This document shows, in pieces, positions 46,821-56,497 of a stretch of 64,000 nt of DNA; the first letter of the stretch is position 1, and every line of letters begins with the position of its first letter. Made by a program: the position numbers and the translations under genes. The notes beneath the pieces were generated by a model. The model saw nothing but the letters and a program-made list of their open reading frames with translations. It ran no database searches and was not told the origin of the DNA. The DNA comes from an uncultured virus (IMG/VR IMGVR_UViG_3300029914_000006) (taxonomy: Duplodnaviria; Heunggongvirae; Uroviricota; Caudoviricetes). The DNA lies in IMG/VR virus record IMGVR_UViG_3300029914_000006; one strand, given 5' to 3'.

Positions 46821-48614
46821 ATGGCCACCGAACTCGAACTTCCGGCGCACAGACTCGAAAAAGAAGTTCTCTCATGGGCCGATTCGGTCTACGACGAGGC
46901 TGAACGGGAGTTGGGTGATTCCCGCGAGATGCGGATGACCTCTCGCCTGATCGACTACCTGGGCGGGATGCAATGGAATGCCAAGAGCCGGTACGGCCGT
47001 TCTCGCCCAACGGTCAACCGGCTCTTTCGCCAGTTCATCGAAATGGCCGGTTTGCTCACCGACATCGAGCCAGATTTTCAGGTCAAGTTCGCCAACGAGG
47101 ATGAGGAGTTCCAGAAGCTCCAGTCGCTGATCAACGAGATGATCGTGATCTGGGCGCGGTCCACAGACTTTGAATCCGAACTTACCCAATCGGTCATGTG
47201 GGCGCTGCTCCATACCGGATACGCCAAAGTTCAGTGGAACCCGGCCATGAATGGCGGCCAGGGCGACGTGGAGTTTATGCCGCTCGGCCCACTCAACGTC
47301 ATGACCATTGGCGCAGGGAACCGGATTCAGGACGACGAGTGCGTAATCGCCCGGTGGCCTGTGACTCTGGAGGCCCTGAAGCGCACCTATGGCGACCTCG
47401 CCCTGGGCGTGATGCCGGATCTTGAGTCAGGGGAACCGACCGGCGACATTACCCGGCCCGGCAAAATCTCAGAGGCGTCATGGGTGAAGCTCAACCCCAA
47501 CCTCAAGAAGATGCTCGGCAAGAAGCAGTCGATGCAGTCCATGCGCAGCCGCTACCCCAAGGCCATGCTCAAGCAGTTTTGGTTCAAGGACACCTCACGG
47601 CTTGCGGGAAGTGAGTCTCAGCGCATCGGTGACAAGCGGTACAACTGGTCCTACATGGTCGAGCCGGGAGAACTGATCTACCCGCGTGGACGGATGCTGG
47701 TTGTGGCAGGCGGAAAAGTCCTTCAGGACGGACCCAACCCCTACTGGCACGCCATGTATCCATTCGCCAAGTTGCGGCTGATTCGGGTGCCATGGTCGTC
47801 CAATGGTCAGTCGCCTCTTGAGAGTCTTGCCTCGATGCAGGATATTGTGAACCGAATCAACGGCGGCATCATGGACATGATCAGGGCATCGATCGAGCCC
47901 AGGATGATTGCTCCCAAGGCCGCGTTCGCGCAGAGCGTGTGGGACTCCTTGGACCCCGGCGCGCCCGGCGCCAAGATCATGTACAACAACAACACCCCCA
48001 AGGCCCCTGAATATCCCAAGCCCCCCGAGTTGCCGGCATACGTTCTGGCAATGAAGCAGGACGTGGAGAAGGAACAGGACGCCAGCTCGGGTGCGGCGGC
48101 GATCAGCCAGGCGGTAGCCAAGAAGCAGGTGCCCGGCGGAGACTCGCTGGACATGATCATGAACTCCCGGTCGATTCCGATCCGCTTCATGGGGCGTGGC
48201 CTGTCTAGTTTCCTTACCGAAATCGGGACGATGGTTACCGCGAACAAGATGCAGTTCGAGGACTCCAAGAGCCGCATCCGCAAGTTTGGCGTCAAGGGCC
48301 TGACCGATGCCGACTTCGAGCCCTACTACGGTCAATGGCTCAACAAGGGTATGGAGCCGGAGGCGTTTGTCCGGCAGATGGTGTTCTCGATTCGCAAGGG
48401 CAGCCTGCTCTCGATTGAGAAGCAGGACGAGGTTACGGTGGCATTTGGTCTGCGCAAGATGGGGGATCTGTCGAGGAAGGGGCTCTACCGGAAATTGGGC
48501 ATTGCGGCGTCGGATGTGGAGAAGATCGAGGGCGAGTTGATGGAAGAGGCCAAGATCAAAATCGCATTAGCTGGGGCCGCCGGAGCGGCGCAACCGCATC
48601 ATGGCAAAAAATAA
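46821..48614 (+). CDS. Portal protein
   Basis: 597 aa after terL. YLGGMQW..RPTVNR, GYAKVQWNP, YPRGR..LQDGPNPY, Q..VNR. Confidence 0.88.
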   Translation: MATELELPAHRLEKEVLSWADSVYDEAERELGDSREMRMTSRLIDYLGGMQWNAKSRYGRSRPTVNRLFRQFIEMAGLLTDIEPDFQVKFANEDEEFQKLQSLINEMIVIWARSTDFESELTQSVMWALLHTGYAKVQWNPAMNGGQGDVEFMPLGPLNVMTIGAGNRIQDDECVIARWPVTLEALKRTYGDLALGVMPDLESGEPTGDITRPGKISEASWVKLNPNLKKMLGKKQSMQSMRSRYPKAMLKQFWFKDTSRLAGSESQRIGDKRYNWSYMVEPGELIYPRGRMLVVAGGKVLQDGPNPYWHAMYPFAKLRLIRVPWSSNGQSPLESLASMQDIVNRINGGIMDMIRASIEPRMIAPKAAFAQSVWDSLDPGAPGAKIMYNNNTPKAPEYPKPPELPAYVLAMKQDVEKEQDASSGAAAISQAVAKKQVPGGDSLDMIMNSRSIPIRFMGRGLSSFLTEIGTMVTANKMQFEDSKSRIRKFGVKGLTDADFEPYYGQWLNKGMEPEAFVRQMVFSIRKGSLLSIEKQDEVTVAFGLRKMGDLSRKGLYRKLGIAASDVEKIEGELMEEAKIKIALAGAAGAAQPHHGKK

Positions 48615-48757
48615 TTCTGAAAGTTTTGTGCGAAATCGATTGCTTTTCTGGTTTTGTGGTAAATGATGGAACGCGAGACTAGGTGAAAACCTAATCCTGA
48701 CAGTGGTGAAGGCCACTTAAAAAAACCGCTCACTTCCAAAGAAGGAGGACTACCAAT

Positions 48758-48826
48758 ATGCGTACCAAGCATCGTGGTGGCAAAAAGGGTCGCAAGCACA
48801 GCCGCGGCTCCAAGCGCGCGAAGTAG
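48758..48826 (+). CDS. 22-aa protamine-like peptide MRTKHRGGKKGRKHSRGSKRAK
   Basis: Strong AAGGAGG RBS; first ORF of the head operon. Confidence 0.6.
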   Translation: MRTKHRGGKKGRKHSRGSKRAK

Positions 48827-48900
48827 TTATTCGCGCAGTCAGGCAATTCAACAGTAACGGGGCCGGGAAACTGGCCCCCCAACCCACCAGGAGAAGTCCG

Positions 48901-49074
48901 ATGGAAAAAAATGAGCGCGTGAGCGAAGAAACATTTGGCTCTCCCATCCCGCAGATTCCCGTCAAGAAGGGTACGATTCACACCTTCGGCCACGCGATCA
49001 ATGATTCGGCACTGCCGGACCGCGGCGTCAGCGTGAACGTGAAGACCGGATTCCCGGTGAAGGGGAACGCCTAA
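48901..49074 (+). CDS. Small hypothetical protein (57 aa)
   Basis: AGGAG RBS; below the ORF-track cutoff. Confidence 0.6.
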   Translation: MEKNERVSEETFGSPIPQIPVKKGTIHTFGHAINDSALPDRGVSVNVKTGFPVKGNA

Positions 49075-49077
49075 GCC

Positions 49078-49470
49078 ATGGCCGCGACTCCCCCAACAGC
49101 AGCTCCTCCGAACTTCTACGACAACTTGCCCGGCGGCGGCGAACCGGCGGCAGGTGCTCCGCCTCCAGGTGGACCCGGCGGCAAGCCGGGCGGCGAACCG
49201 GACGCTGATGAGGAGTTGATGAAGGGCCTCACGGGCGTCTATCGCGTCCTGAGTAAGATGTCCAAGCTCAAGAAAGAACTCAAGGGCGGCATCGACAAGA
49301 TCAAGGAAGACATCAAGGTTCTTGTCGTGCAGGGCCTCAAGAAAGACCCGAAAGACCTGGACTCCGGCGAGGATAAGACCCCTCCGCCTGCGCCAGCCGC
49401 AGAACCCCCGGCCGCACCTCCGCCGGGAGCACAACCCCCCACCCAAACAGACGAGACGCATTCCGCGTAA
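49078..49470 (+). CDS. Pro-rich hypothetical protein
   Basis: Member of the head operon. Confidence 0.65.
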   Translation: MAATPPTAAPPNFYDNLPGGGEPAAGAPPPGGPGGKPGGEPDADEELMKGLTGVYRVLSKMSKLKKELKGGIDKIKEDIKVLVVQGLKKDPKDLDSGEDKTPPPAPAAEPPAAPPPGAQPPTQTDETHSA

Positions 49471-49482
49471 GAGGAGTAGGGC

Positions 49483-50190
49483 ATGGCTTTGCTTGACGAT
49501 TTGAAAGGGATCTTGAGTCCCGAAGAGTTTGCGAAGATTCAGGGCAATGCGACGGTGGCGACCCGCATTGCGCGCGGCGATGAACTGCGCAGTTATTACG
49601 ACGGTGAAGAGACTCCGGTAACGCCCCCAGTAGTATCGGCGACCGTGGTTGCTCCGCCTCCGAATTCGTCCAGCCAGTTCGATCTGAGTTCGATCGAGCG
49701 CATGATGGACACACGTCTTGGCAAGTTGAACGAGATTGTCGATACCCGCGTGAACGAGATCGTGAAGACGCGCGGCGACGAACTGGTCAACAATGCTGTG
49801 AAGATTGCCACACAGAGGGCCGACGAACTGAGCCGGATCTATACCCGCCACGCGGCGGAGACCGGCAAGCCGTTCGACTCGACAGAGTTCAATACGTTCC
49901 TCGAAAAGCCCGAAAGCAAGGCGCGGGGATATCGCACGATCACCCAGGCTTATGACGACTACGTCGCTCCTCAGACTCAGGAGCGGGTTGTCGAACAGAA
50001 GGTTCGCGAGCGCATGGCGGCAGAATCCGGAAAGCATGTTCCGGGGACCACACCGGCACCTTCGGTGAACAGCAGGATTTCAGTTTTCCAGAGGCGCGGA
50101 AGTGCCGATGGGGCAGTGAGTACAGGTGCCCAAAAGGCCGCCGAGATGCTCGACAAGCGTATGGCACGCCAGCAGGAAATGGCGAGCTAA
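49483..50190 (+). CDS. Scaffolding protein
   Basis: Helical protein immediately before the capsid gene. Confidence 0.7.
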   Translation: MALLDDLKGILSPEEFAKIQGNATVATRIARGDELRSYYDGEETPVTPPVVSATVVAPPPNSSSQFDLSSIERMMDTRLGKLNEIVDTRVNEIVKTRGDELVNNAVKIATQRADELSRIYTRHAAETGKPFDSTEFNTFLEKPESKARGYRTITQAYDDYVAPQTQERVVEQKVRERMAAESGKHVPGTTPAPSVNSRISVFQRRGSADGAVSTGAQKAAEMLDKRMARQQEMAS

Positions 50191-50216
50191 GAATTTCAAA
50201 TTAACGGAGGCCAGTG

Positions 50217-51194
50217 ATGGCAGGCTTGACAATTAACGACATCAATGCAGTAACGCTGCCGAATATCGTCCCCGAAATCGTGGACGAATATTACAAGGTT
50301 AGTCCGGTCTTCGTTCTGATCTTCAAGGGCGATACGGTCAAGCCCTTTCCGGGTGGCCTTTACATTCAGCAGCCGATTCAGTATGCGCCGCTGAAGGCTG
50401 GCCCATTTGCGCCTGGCTCGACCTTCGACATCAGCTACGTCCAGACGGACACTGCGATGACGTTTGCGGTCAAGTTCTACTACGCCAACGTGACCATTCA
50501 GGGCACTCAGTTGCCGCTCAACCGCGACAGCTATGCCGTCATGTCCTTCGTTGAAGAGAAGATGGTGAACGGCGCTCAGGCTTTGGCCCAGTCGCTCGCG
50601 ACCGACATCTACAACGACGGCCAAGGCACCGTTTCTTCGCAGATTGCCCTCGACGGGCTGCTTGCGGGATACGACGACGGCACGAACTACCCGACTTACG
50701 GCGGCCTCCCCCGCGCGGCCATCGGCTCCGGCGCTTCGACGGGCATCAACGGATACTACCAGAACGTTGCCGGCCCCTTGTCGATCACTGGGCTCCAGAA
50801 GGCATACGGGCAGGCCACCTTTGGCAATCGCCAGCCGAACCTGATCGCCACCACTCAGTCGATCTACAACCAGCTTTACAGCAAACTGGTTCCCGCGCAG
50901 CGCGTCAATGACAACATCATGATTGACCAGGCGCAGAACATCGGCTTCACTGCGATCCGGTTCAACAACCAGCGGCTCGTGGTCGATCAGTATTGCCCCA
51001 CTGGATACGTGTTCGGCATGAACACCGACTTCATGAACGTCCACATCTCCGAGCACGAACTGTTCAGCTTCGGTTTCACCGGGTTCAAGGAACTTCCGAA
51101 CTCCGTTGACTCTGCCGGCCAGCTCTGCTTCGGCGGCAACATCGTGGTCAGCGCACCTCGCCTCGGGTTCGTATTAACCGGAATTACAGGATAG
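50217..51194 (+). CDS. Major capsid protein
   Basis: 325 aa; GG.YIQQPIQY, IYNDGQG..LDGL, YGGL.R, PNLIATT, GFT..FN..VVDQYCP. Confidence 0.88.
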   Translation: MAGLTINDINAVTLPNIVPEIVDEYYKVSPVFVLIFKGDTVKPFPGGLYIQQPIQYAPLKAGPFAPGSTFDISYVQTDTAMTFAVKFYYANVTIQGTQLPLNRDSYAVMSFVEEKMVNGAQALAQSLATDIYNDGQGTVSSQIALDGLLAGYDDGTNYPTYGGLPRAAIGSGASTGINGYYQNVAGPLSITGLQKAYGQATFGNRQPNLIATTQSIYNQLYSKLVPAQRVNDNIMIDQAQNIGFTAIRFNNQRLVVDQYCPTGYVFGMNTDFMNVHISEHELFSFGFTGFKELPNSVDSAGQLCFGGNIVVSAPRLGFVLTGITG

Positions 51195-51249
51195 TCGCTG
51201 TCGGCAACGAAGAATTTGCAGTAGGCGCAACGGCGCCGGAGGATTTGAC

Positions 51250-51921
51250 ATGGCACTCGGAACAGAATTTCCGGTAATTTCGAGCGGCAACCTGTACACG
51301 GCGATTGATACCTATCAAGCCGCTACGGTGCAGCCGCCCATCCAGAGCCAGCCCAACGGGGCGTTGAACCCGATCGGCGCGGCTTTCCTGTTGTCGCCTG
51401 GCGCATCGGAGTATTCTCCTCTCCAGTACTACCCGACGCCTGGTGGATCTCTCAACTCGAACGGCTGGGGCGCTCCTCTGGTTGTGCGCTACGTGCGCTA
51501 CAACTCGACGACCGCCGCGGCCATGCTTGCCTACCCGGCTCCCGTCTACTGGACGGATGAGACGTTCACGACCGTCACCGGAACCTTCTCTGAGGGCAAC
51601 CCGGCATCGACTGGCAACTTGAACTCTCTGGCTGGCTGGCTTCTGCCGAACTTCACTTCGCTCGGCAAGACTGGCGCGGCCTCGACCACGGCGCTCAACG
51701 GAAACTTCTGCTTTATCGCGACCAAGGGATTTGTCCCCGCTGCGGCGGTTGTGGCCTCGGTTGCGGTTGGCGATGCGATTGTTGGCGCGGCAGGCAACTT
51801 CACGGTGGCTCGTGTGGCCTCCGGAACTGCCCCGACCTCGCGCCGCTTGGCAATCGCGCAGTCGGCAGTAACCGCTGCTATCACCGCCGACATCCTGATT
51901 GACTGCGACATCACGTTCTAA
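51250..51921 (+). CDS. Capsid decoration/cement-like protein
   Basis: Follows the capsid gene; VRYVRY..PAPVYW..FCFIATKG. Confidence 0.6.
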   Translation: MALGTEFPVISSGNLYTAIDTYQAATVQPPIQSQPNGALNPIGAAFLLSPGASEYSPLQYYPTPGGSLNSNGWGAPLVVRYVRYNSTTAAAMLAYPAPVYWTDETFTTVTGTFSEGNPASTGNLNSLAGWLLPNFTSLGKTGAASTTALNGNFCFIATKGFVPAAAVVASVAVGDAIVGAAGNFTVARVASGTAPTSRRLAIAQSAVTAAITADILIDCDITF

Positions 51922-51973
51922 CCCTCATCCCGCGTGTCGGATAGATGCGCGGGGATAGACTCAAGGAGCCGTC

Positions 51974-53200
51974 ATGGCATTGACACTTACGAGAATTCCA
52001 GACTGCCAGCAGAGTGCCGGCCCTTCGCAGGTTGAAGTTGGGTTTCAGTTGCAGCCTGGTGCGTCTGATTATCCATCTGGCGGCTACGTGATTCCTGGCG
52101 CTCTCGCGACAGGGACGGGTGTCTCCGGAAACTTTGGTGCAGAGTTTACCTACGGGGTTCAGTTGATTGCAAGCAATGCGGCCGGCGCCGCGTTCGTGCC
52201 AGAATTCATCCTCCCGGCAGGTTCTTTCGGATCAAACCCTGCCCCTTCGCAGACCGTGACGATGGCCGTCGCGTTGTCGGAGGGAGCATCGCCTGCGATT
52301 CCTTTGGGGCTGAGTGCTGTTTCTGCTAACTCGACTCTCAGCGCAGTTGCCGCGGGCGTTGGCACGGTCACCGTTGCCAATACGTTGAGGGCAAACCAGT
52401 TCGTTTACCTCCAGTCCTTCACGCAGTTGGGAGCATTGAATGGGACGATCGTCAGGGTTGCTTCGGCGACCTCTGCCGCGTTCACGTTTAACTTGGGAAC
52501 TGCCGCCAACGTTGGTTCCGCTGCCGATACCACGGGCACCTTCCAGGTCGTTCAGGCTGGCGTTGGGAATCAGCTTCAGCTTGGCGCGACGGCGACCATC
52601 ACCAACTCGATCGGCACTGCCGCTCTGTTGACGATGACCTCCACCCTCAACCCTCCGGTCGGCAGCTTCGTCTACATCGACAACCTGACCAATGGCGCGA
52701 AGGCGAACGGTGTTCTGGTGCAGGTTCTCACCTCGTCCTCGACGCAGTTCACCGCAAACTGGAACGGCACAGGCAACACCTTCACGACCGCCGCCGATAC
52801 CGGCAACGTGTGGCAACTTGTCACGGCTGGAAATGCTCCGGTTACCACTGGAACTTCCGTCTCCATCACCAACTCTCTGGCGACGGCATCTTCCGCTGGC
52901 ACTGCGGGCGTCATCACGCTGACCGCGAACAATCTCCTTCAGCCCGGCAACATCGTCGTTACCCAGGGCCTGACCAACGGTGCCAAGAGCGACGGTACGA
53001 TCAGTGCTGTCATCGCAACCGGCCTGACCAACGCCATCTTTAAGATGAACGGCCAGAACGGTGGATATACGACCGCAGCCGACTCTGGCGTCAGCGCCGT
53101 GCTCGTGACTGGAACGCCGACTACCGTAGTGCAAGTGTCGCCCGGAACTGATCTGAGCGCCTGCACTTGGTTCGTGTCTTTTCTCAACAGCGGACTGTAA
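51974..53200 (+). CDS. Virion structural protein with three internal repeats
   Basis: Repeated L..G..V....LT....NG..(SA/T)ADTG units inserted in a DYPSGGY..GTDLS frame. Confidence 0.65.
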   Translation: MALTLTRIPDCQQSAGPSQVEVGFQLQPGASDYPSGGYVIPGALATGTGVSGNFGAEFTYGVQLIASNAAGAAFVPEFILPAGSFGSNPAPSQTVTMAVALSEGASPAIPLGLSAVSANSTLSAVAAGVGTVTVANTLRANQFVYLQSFTQLGALNGTIVRVASATSAAFTFNLGTAANVGSAADTTGTFQVVQAGVGNQLQLGATATITNSIGTAALLTMTSTLNPPVGSFVYIDNLTNGAKANGVLVQVLTSSSTQFTANWNGTGNTFTTAADTGNVWQLVTAGNAPVTTGTSVSITNSLATASSAGTAGVITLTANNLLQPGNIVVTQGLTNGAKSDGTISAVIATGLTNAIFKMNGQNGGYTTAADSGVSAVLVTGTPTTVVQVSPGTDLSACTWFVSFLNSGL

Positions 53201-53321
53201 TAATCACCACAGAGGGGCGGGGTAACGGTTACCGCGCCCCTCCCCTCCACTCAGAACGGAGGGTACTGCTATCCCGATTCCGCCCATCGTAATCCCCTCC
53301 CAAGTCCAACCCAACGTTGGC

Positions 53322-54296
53322 GTGTTGCCGTTTGTCCAGCAGATGAATTTCGGGCAGATGCAGGGATCTGTTAGTGCTTGGAACCCCAACTCTCTATCTC
53401 AGATCCCCGGCTGGATCAATCAGATTGTGCGCCAGATCTATTCCCTCAAGACCTGGTACGGACTTTTCACGAAGGGCCAAGTCGTTTGCCCACAGGCCGT
53501 CACCGGCGGCACAGCCACGGTCACTCTTGGATCGCCGACAGTACAGGGAACCGGGACAGCGTGGGACCAGACTCTCATAGGGCGTCAGTTTCGCATTGGC
53601 TTGAATTGCCCCATCTACACGATCATTGGCGTGGACCCATTCGCTCAGGTCTTGACATTGGAATTGCCGTGGAGCGGCCCTGTTCCGCCCAGCACGAACA
53701 CCCAGACCGCCGGGTACACGATTGTCGCGATGTACTACAACATTGGACCGAACATCAAGTACATCAAGACGATGGTCAACATGCAGATGGTCTACAAGCT
53801 AAAGCTCAATCTCACACAAGACTGGCTCAACAATAAGGACCCGTGGCGCATCTGGACTAACTTCCCGGTGGGCATTGCGCCGCTTCCAGCAGATCCAAAC
53901 GGAAACTACCTGATAGAAATGTGGCCCGCCCCGTGGACCCAACAGGCGATGCCATTCATGGCGTACTGCCAGCCCGCGAATCTCGTTTTGGATAACGACA
54001 GCCTGCCGCCCTATATCCGCTGCGACGTGGTGATCAAGGAGGCGATGGCGTGGGCTCTGCGGTACAAGCCGAAGGATAATCCTGGCTACGACCCGCAGAC
54101 GGCGCTCTCGCTGGCGAACACGTTTCATCAGGAATACGTTGGTCTGTTGACCGAGATGGCCAACGAGGACGAGAACTTGTACCGGACGAGCGCGACTATC
54201 CACGGAGAAGACTACCCTGAAGGCGGCGTAGGCGGAGCTTTTTCTGACGCCGTTCATGCTGTAATGTCTGGTGATTCTTGGGGAGATGGGTGGTAA
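53322..54296 (+). CDS. Head-tail adaptor-like protein (start may be further upstream)
   Basis: GTATVTLGSPTVQGTGTAW, EMWPAP, LPPYI motifs. Confidence 0.6.
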   Translation: MLPFVQQMNFGQMQGSVSAWNPNSLSQIPGWINQIVRQIYSLKTWYGLFTKGQVVCPQAVTGGTATVTLGSPTVQGTGTAWDQTLIGRQFRIGLNCPIYTIIGVDPFAQVLTLELPWSGPVPPSTNTQTAGYTIVAMYYNIGPNIKYIKTMVNMQMVYKLKLNLTQDWLNNKDPWRIWTNFPVGIAPLPADPNGNYLIEMWPAPWTQQAMPFMAYCQPANLVLDNDSLPPYIRCDVVIKEAMAWALRYKPKDNPGYDPQTALSLANTFHQEYVGLLTEMANEDENLYRTSATIHGEDYPEGGVGGAFSDAVHAVMSGDSWGDGW

Positions 54297-54305
54297 ACTT
54301 CGATC

Positions 54306-54650
54306 ATGGCGACTGAATGTGAAGTCTGTAACACGGTTGTTTATCGGCGAAGGTTGAAGTTGGAAGAGCCGAACAAGGGGAAGTTCATCGGCTTCGACTG
54401 TGGGTGCATGGCTGCGGACAGGATACCGAAGACGACGGTAAACCCATTCTCGATCGAATTTCAGCACGTCAATGACGAATTCGGTAATCATCTGAAAGTC
54501 GATAGCATCCGGCAACTTGAGGCAGCCGAGAAGCGGCTGGGGTTCCAAAGTGTGGTCCTGAACTCGGACGCGCAGAACTTTGACGACCCTCCTCAGCAAC
54601 GGTCCATTACGGTCAATGATTTGTACAAACGGAAATTTTCACGGAGGTAG
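54306..54650 (+). CDS. Hypothetical zinc-binding protein
   Basis: CEVC...CGC. Confidence 0.6.
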   Translation: MATECEVCNTVVYRRRLKLEEPNKGKFIGFDCGCMAADRIPKTTVNPFSIEFQHVNDEFGNHLKVDSIRQLEAAEKRLGFQSVVLNSDAQNFDDPPQQRSITVNDLYKRKFSRR

Positions 54651-54652
54651 CC

Positions 54653-54820
54653 ATGGCAAAGGAAGAGTCGAGAGAGACGCCCCAGGATGAAGCGCGTAGC
54701 CATTCGCCGCGTTTCTTGAAGAAGGCGGCCCGGCTGGCCACGAAGCGGAAGGTTGTGAAGCGCAAGGCCAAGAAGCGCAAGGCGCGCCGCGGAGTCAAGC
54801 GCAGCGCGGGGAGGAAGTAG
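54653..54820 (+). CDS. 55-aa highly basic protein
   Basis: GGAGGT RBS; MAKEESRETPQDEARSHSPRFLKKAARLATKRKVVKRKAKKRKARRGVKRSAGRK. Confidence 0.7.
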   Translation: MAKEESRETPQDEARSHSPRFLKKAARLATKRKVVKRKAKKRKARRGVKRSAGRK

Positions 54821-54821
54821 C

Positions 54822-55199
54822 ATGACCGATCCAAGCGACAACGTTCTCGGCAAACTGTTCCGTCGGAAGGACGCCGGTGTCGGCACTATGTCTTCCAATA
54901 GCCACGCGGCTACGGGGGACTTCTTTGTTGACCGCTCACAGTTGGGCGTCCACGAAGAGTACGACCCTGACGTGAAGAACGATTGGGGCGGGACGGGCAA
55001 GTTCGTCGAGAAGCCCAACTCGATCATGCACAACGTCCGCAGGTCCATGGGCGACATCGGAGCATGTTCGAGCAACAAGCGCCGTGTTGATCCGAATGCC
55101 CCCACCAATGCCCCCGGCAACGGGTGCTGTGCGCCGTCTCTCCCGTATGGTCACCACCACAATCATCCGGTTACCGGACACAGGAAGAACGAGGAATAG
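54822..55199 (+). CDS. Hypothetical protein
   Basis: GGAGG RBS; His-rich C-terminus. Confidence 0.6.
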   Translation: MTDPSDNVLGKLFRRKDAGVGTMSSNSHAATGDFFVDRSQLGVHEEYDPDVKNDWGGTGKFVEKPNSIMHNVRRSMGDIGACSSNKRRVDPNAPTNAPGNGCCAPSLPYGHHHNHPVTGHRKNEE

Positions 55200-55201
55200 T
55201 C

Positions 55202-55801
55202 ATGGGATTGAGAGCTTTTTTTGGCGTGACCGCGCTGTCTGGATCTGCGCAACCCGTGTTCGGTACGACCCTTAGCGCGGCTGTCGTTCCCTTGCCTGAC
55301 CAGTTCAGCGGCAACAATGGTCCGGCGAGCAACCAGACTCAGGTGACCGTCACTGTGACCTCGACCAAGGGGTTCATCGCTGGTGATCGTGCGCAGATTG
55401 GCCCAGGTAACTCGTTCAACCCTGGCCTGTCCACCGCCGCGCAGATGGCCCTCGTGTGCAATGTGACGATCAAGTCGATCACGGACGCCACACACATGGT
55501 TGTTCAGGGGATGCACTACGGGCACGCCTCCGGCGAGTTCTTTGTACTCAATGAGGATGCTGGCTCTGTTCACATCCGGCCCGTGGTGACGACTGCCGCC
55601 GTCTACATTGGCTCTGCATCGACCGTTGCGGCTGGAGATCCTTCCGTTCTGGACGTGCTTCCCATTGTTGCCGCTGGCGCAGGGCCTACCTACGCCTTCG
55701 ATGCCACGGCAATGGGACTGAGCCAGCCTTACCAGACCGCGCAGTTCTGGATGGTGGGTACGGCCGCCGACACGGTAGTATCGAGGTTTAGCCAGATTTA
55801 A
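55202..55801 (+). CDS. Virion structural protein
   Basis: Beta-rich, located in the structural operon. Confidence 0.6.
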   Translation: MGLRAFFGVTALSGSAQPVFGTTLSAAVVPLPDQFSGNNGPASNQTQVTVTVTSTKGFIAGDRAQIGPGNSFNPGLSTAAQMALVCNVTIKSITDATHMVVQGMHYGHASGEFFVLNEDAGSVHIRPVVTTAAVYIGSASTVAAGDPSVLDVLPIVAAGAGPTYAFDATAMGLSQPYQTAQFWMVGTAADTVVSRFSQI

Positions 55802-55804
55802 GCC

Positions 55805-56497
55805 ATGCCGACGCCAATCTCCACCCTCGCGAATGTGGTCCAGCAGAGACTCGAAGAAGTACCGGGTAGCGCGGGGGCGTGGTGGAGTAGGCAATTCGAG
55901 GTGTATACGGCCTTGGTCGAGGCTCAGAACGACCTCCTCCTGCTTGTCGGACGCCCAACGCAGATCGTCAACATCCCCCTTACGCTGACGGCCAACACGG
56001 TATGGCAGGCGGTCCCGAAGGGCTACTTCGCGATCACGGATATTCAGGGCTCGGGAAGCCCTTTATACAAGGTGAACTTGTGGGATCTGGATTACCTATG
56101 CACGAGCTGGGGTCCGAACTGGACGCAGGACGTGGATGTGGTGGCGCAACGGTGGGCGCCGATAGGTATGAATCTTTTTGTCGTCCATCCGGCGCCGGCC
56201 TACCCGCAGACGGTCAACGTGACGGCGATCCAGTATCCGGCGACTGACGTGTGGCCGTATACGGGAGCAGAGACGGTTGTTTTCTCTGATGAGTTTTTTG
56301 TGGCGCTAGAACTGTACGCTGCCCATTATGCGACGATCAAGGAATTAGGTGGCGAGTTTCAGAACGGGCTGAAATTGCTCGACCAATATATGCAGATTGC
56401 AAAGCGGATGTCGTCCATCCAAGACCTTCGTGACCCTCTAATCTTCACGTCGGGATATGGATCAAGTCAGCGAGTTTCGCCAACTACTATGCGCTGA
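55805..56497 (+). CDS. Head-tail / tubular protein-like
   Basis: VQQRLEE..WW..ALVEAQND, VHPAP, ALELYAAH pattern. Confidence 0.6.
   Translation: MPTPISTLANVVQQRLEEVPGSAGAWWSRQFEVYTALVEAQNDLLLLVGRPTQIVNIPLTLTANTVWQAVPKGYFAITDIQGSGSPLYKVNLWDLDYLCTSWGPNWTQDVDVVAQRWAPIGMNLFVVHPAPAYPQTVNVTAIQYPATDVWPYTGAETVVFSDEFFVALELYAAHYATIKELGGEFQNGLKLLDQYMQIAKRMSSIQDLRDPLIFTSGYGSSQRVSPTTMR

Noticed and set aside
41360..53134. Long antisense ORFs such as 41601..42779, 43642..44703, 48730..50037 and 52232..53134
   Set aside because: These are shadow frames of GC-rich genes with clear phage motifs on the opposite strand.
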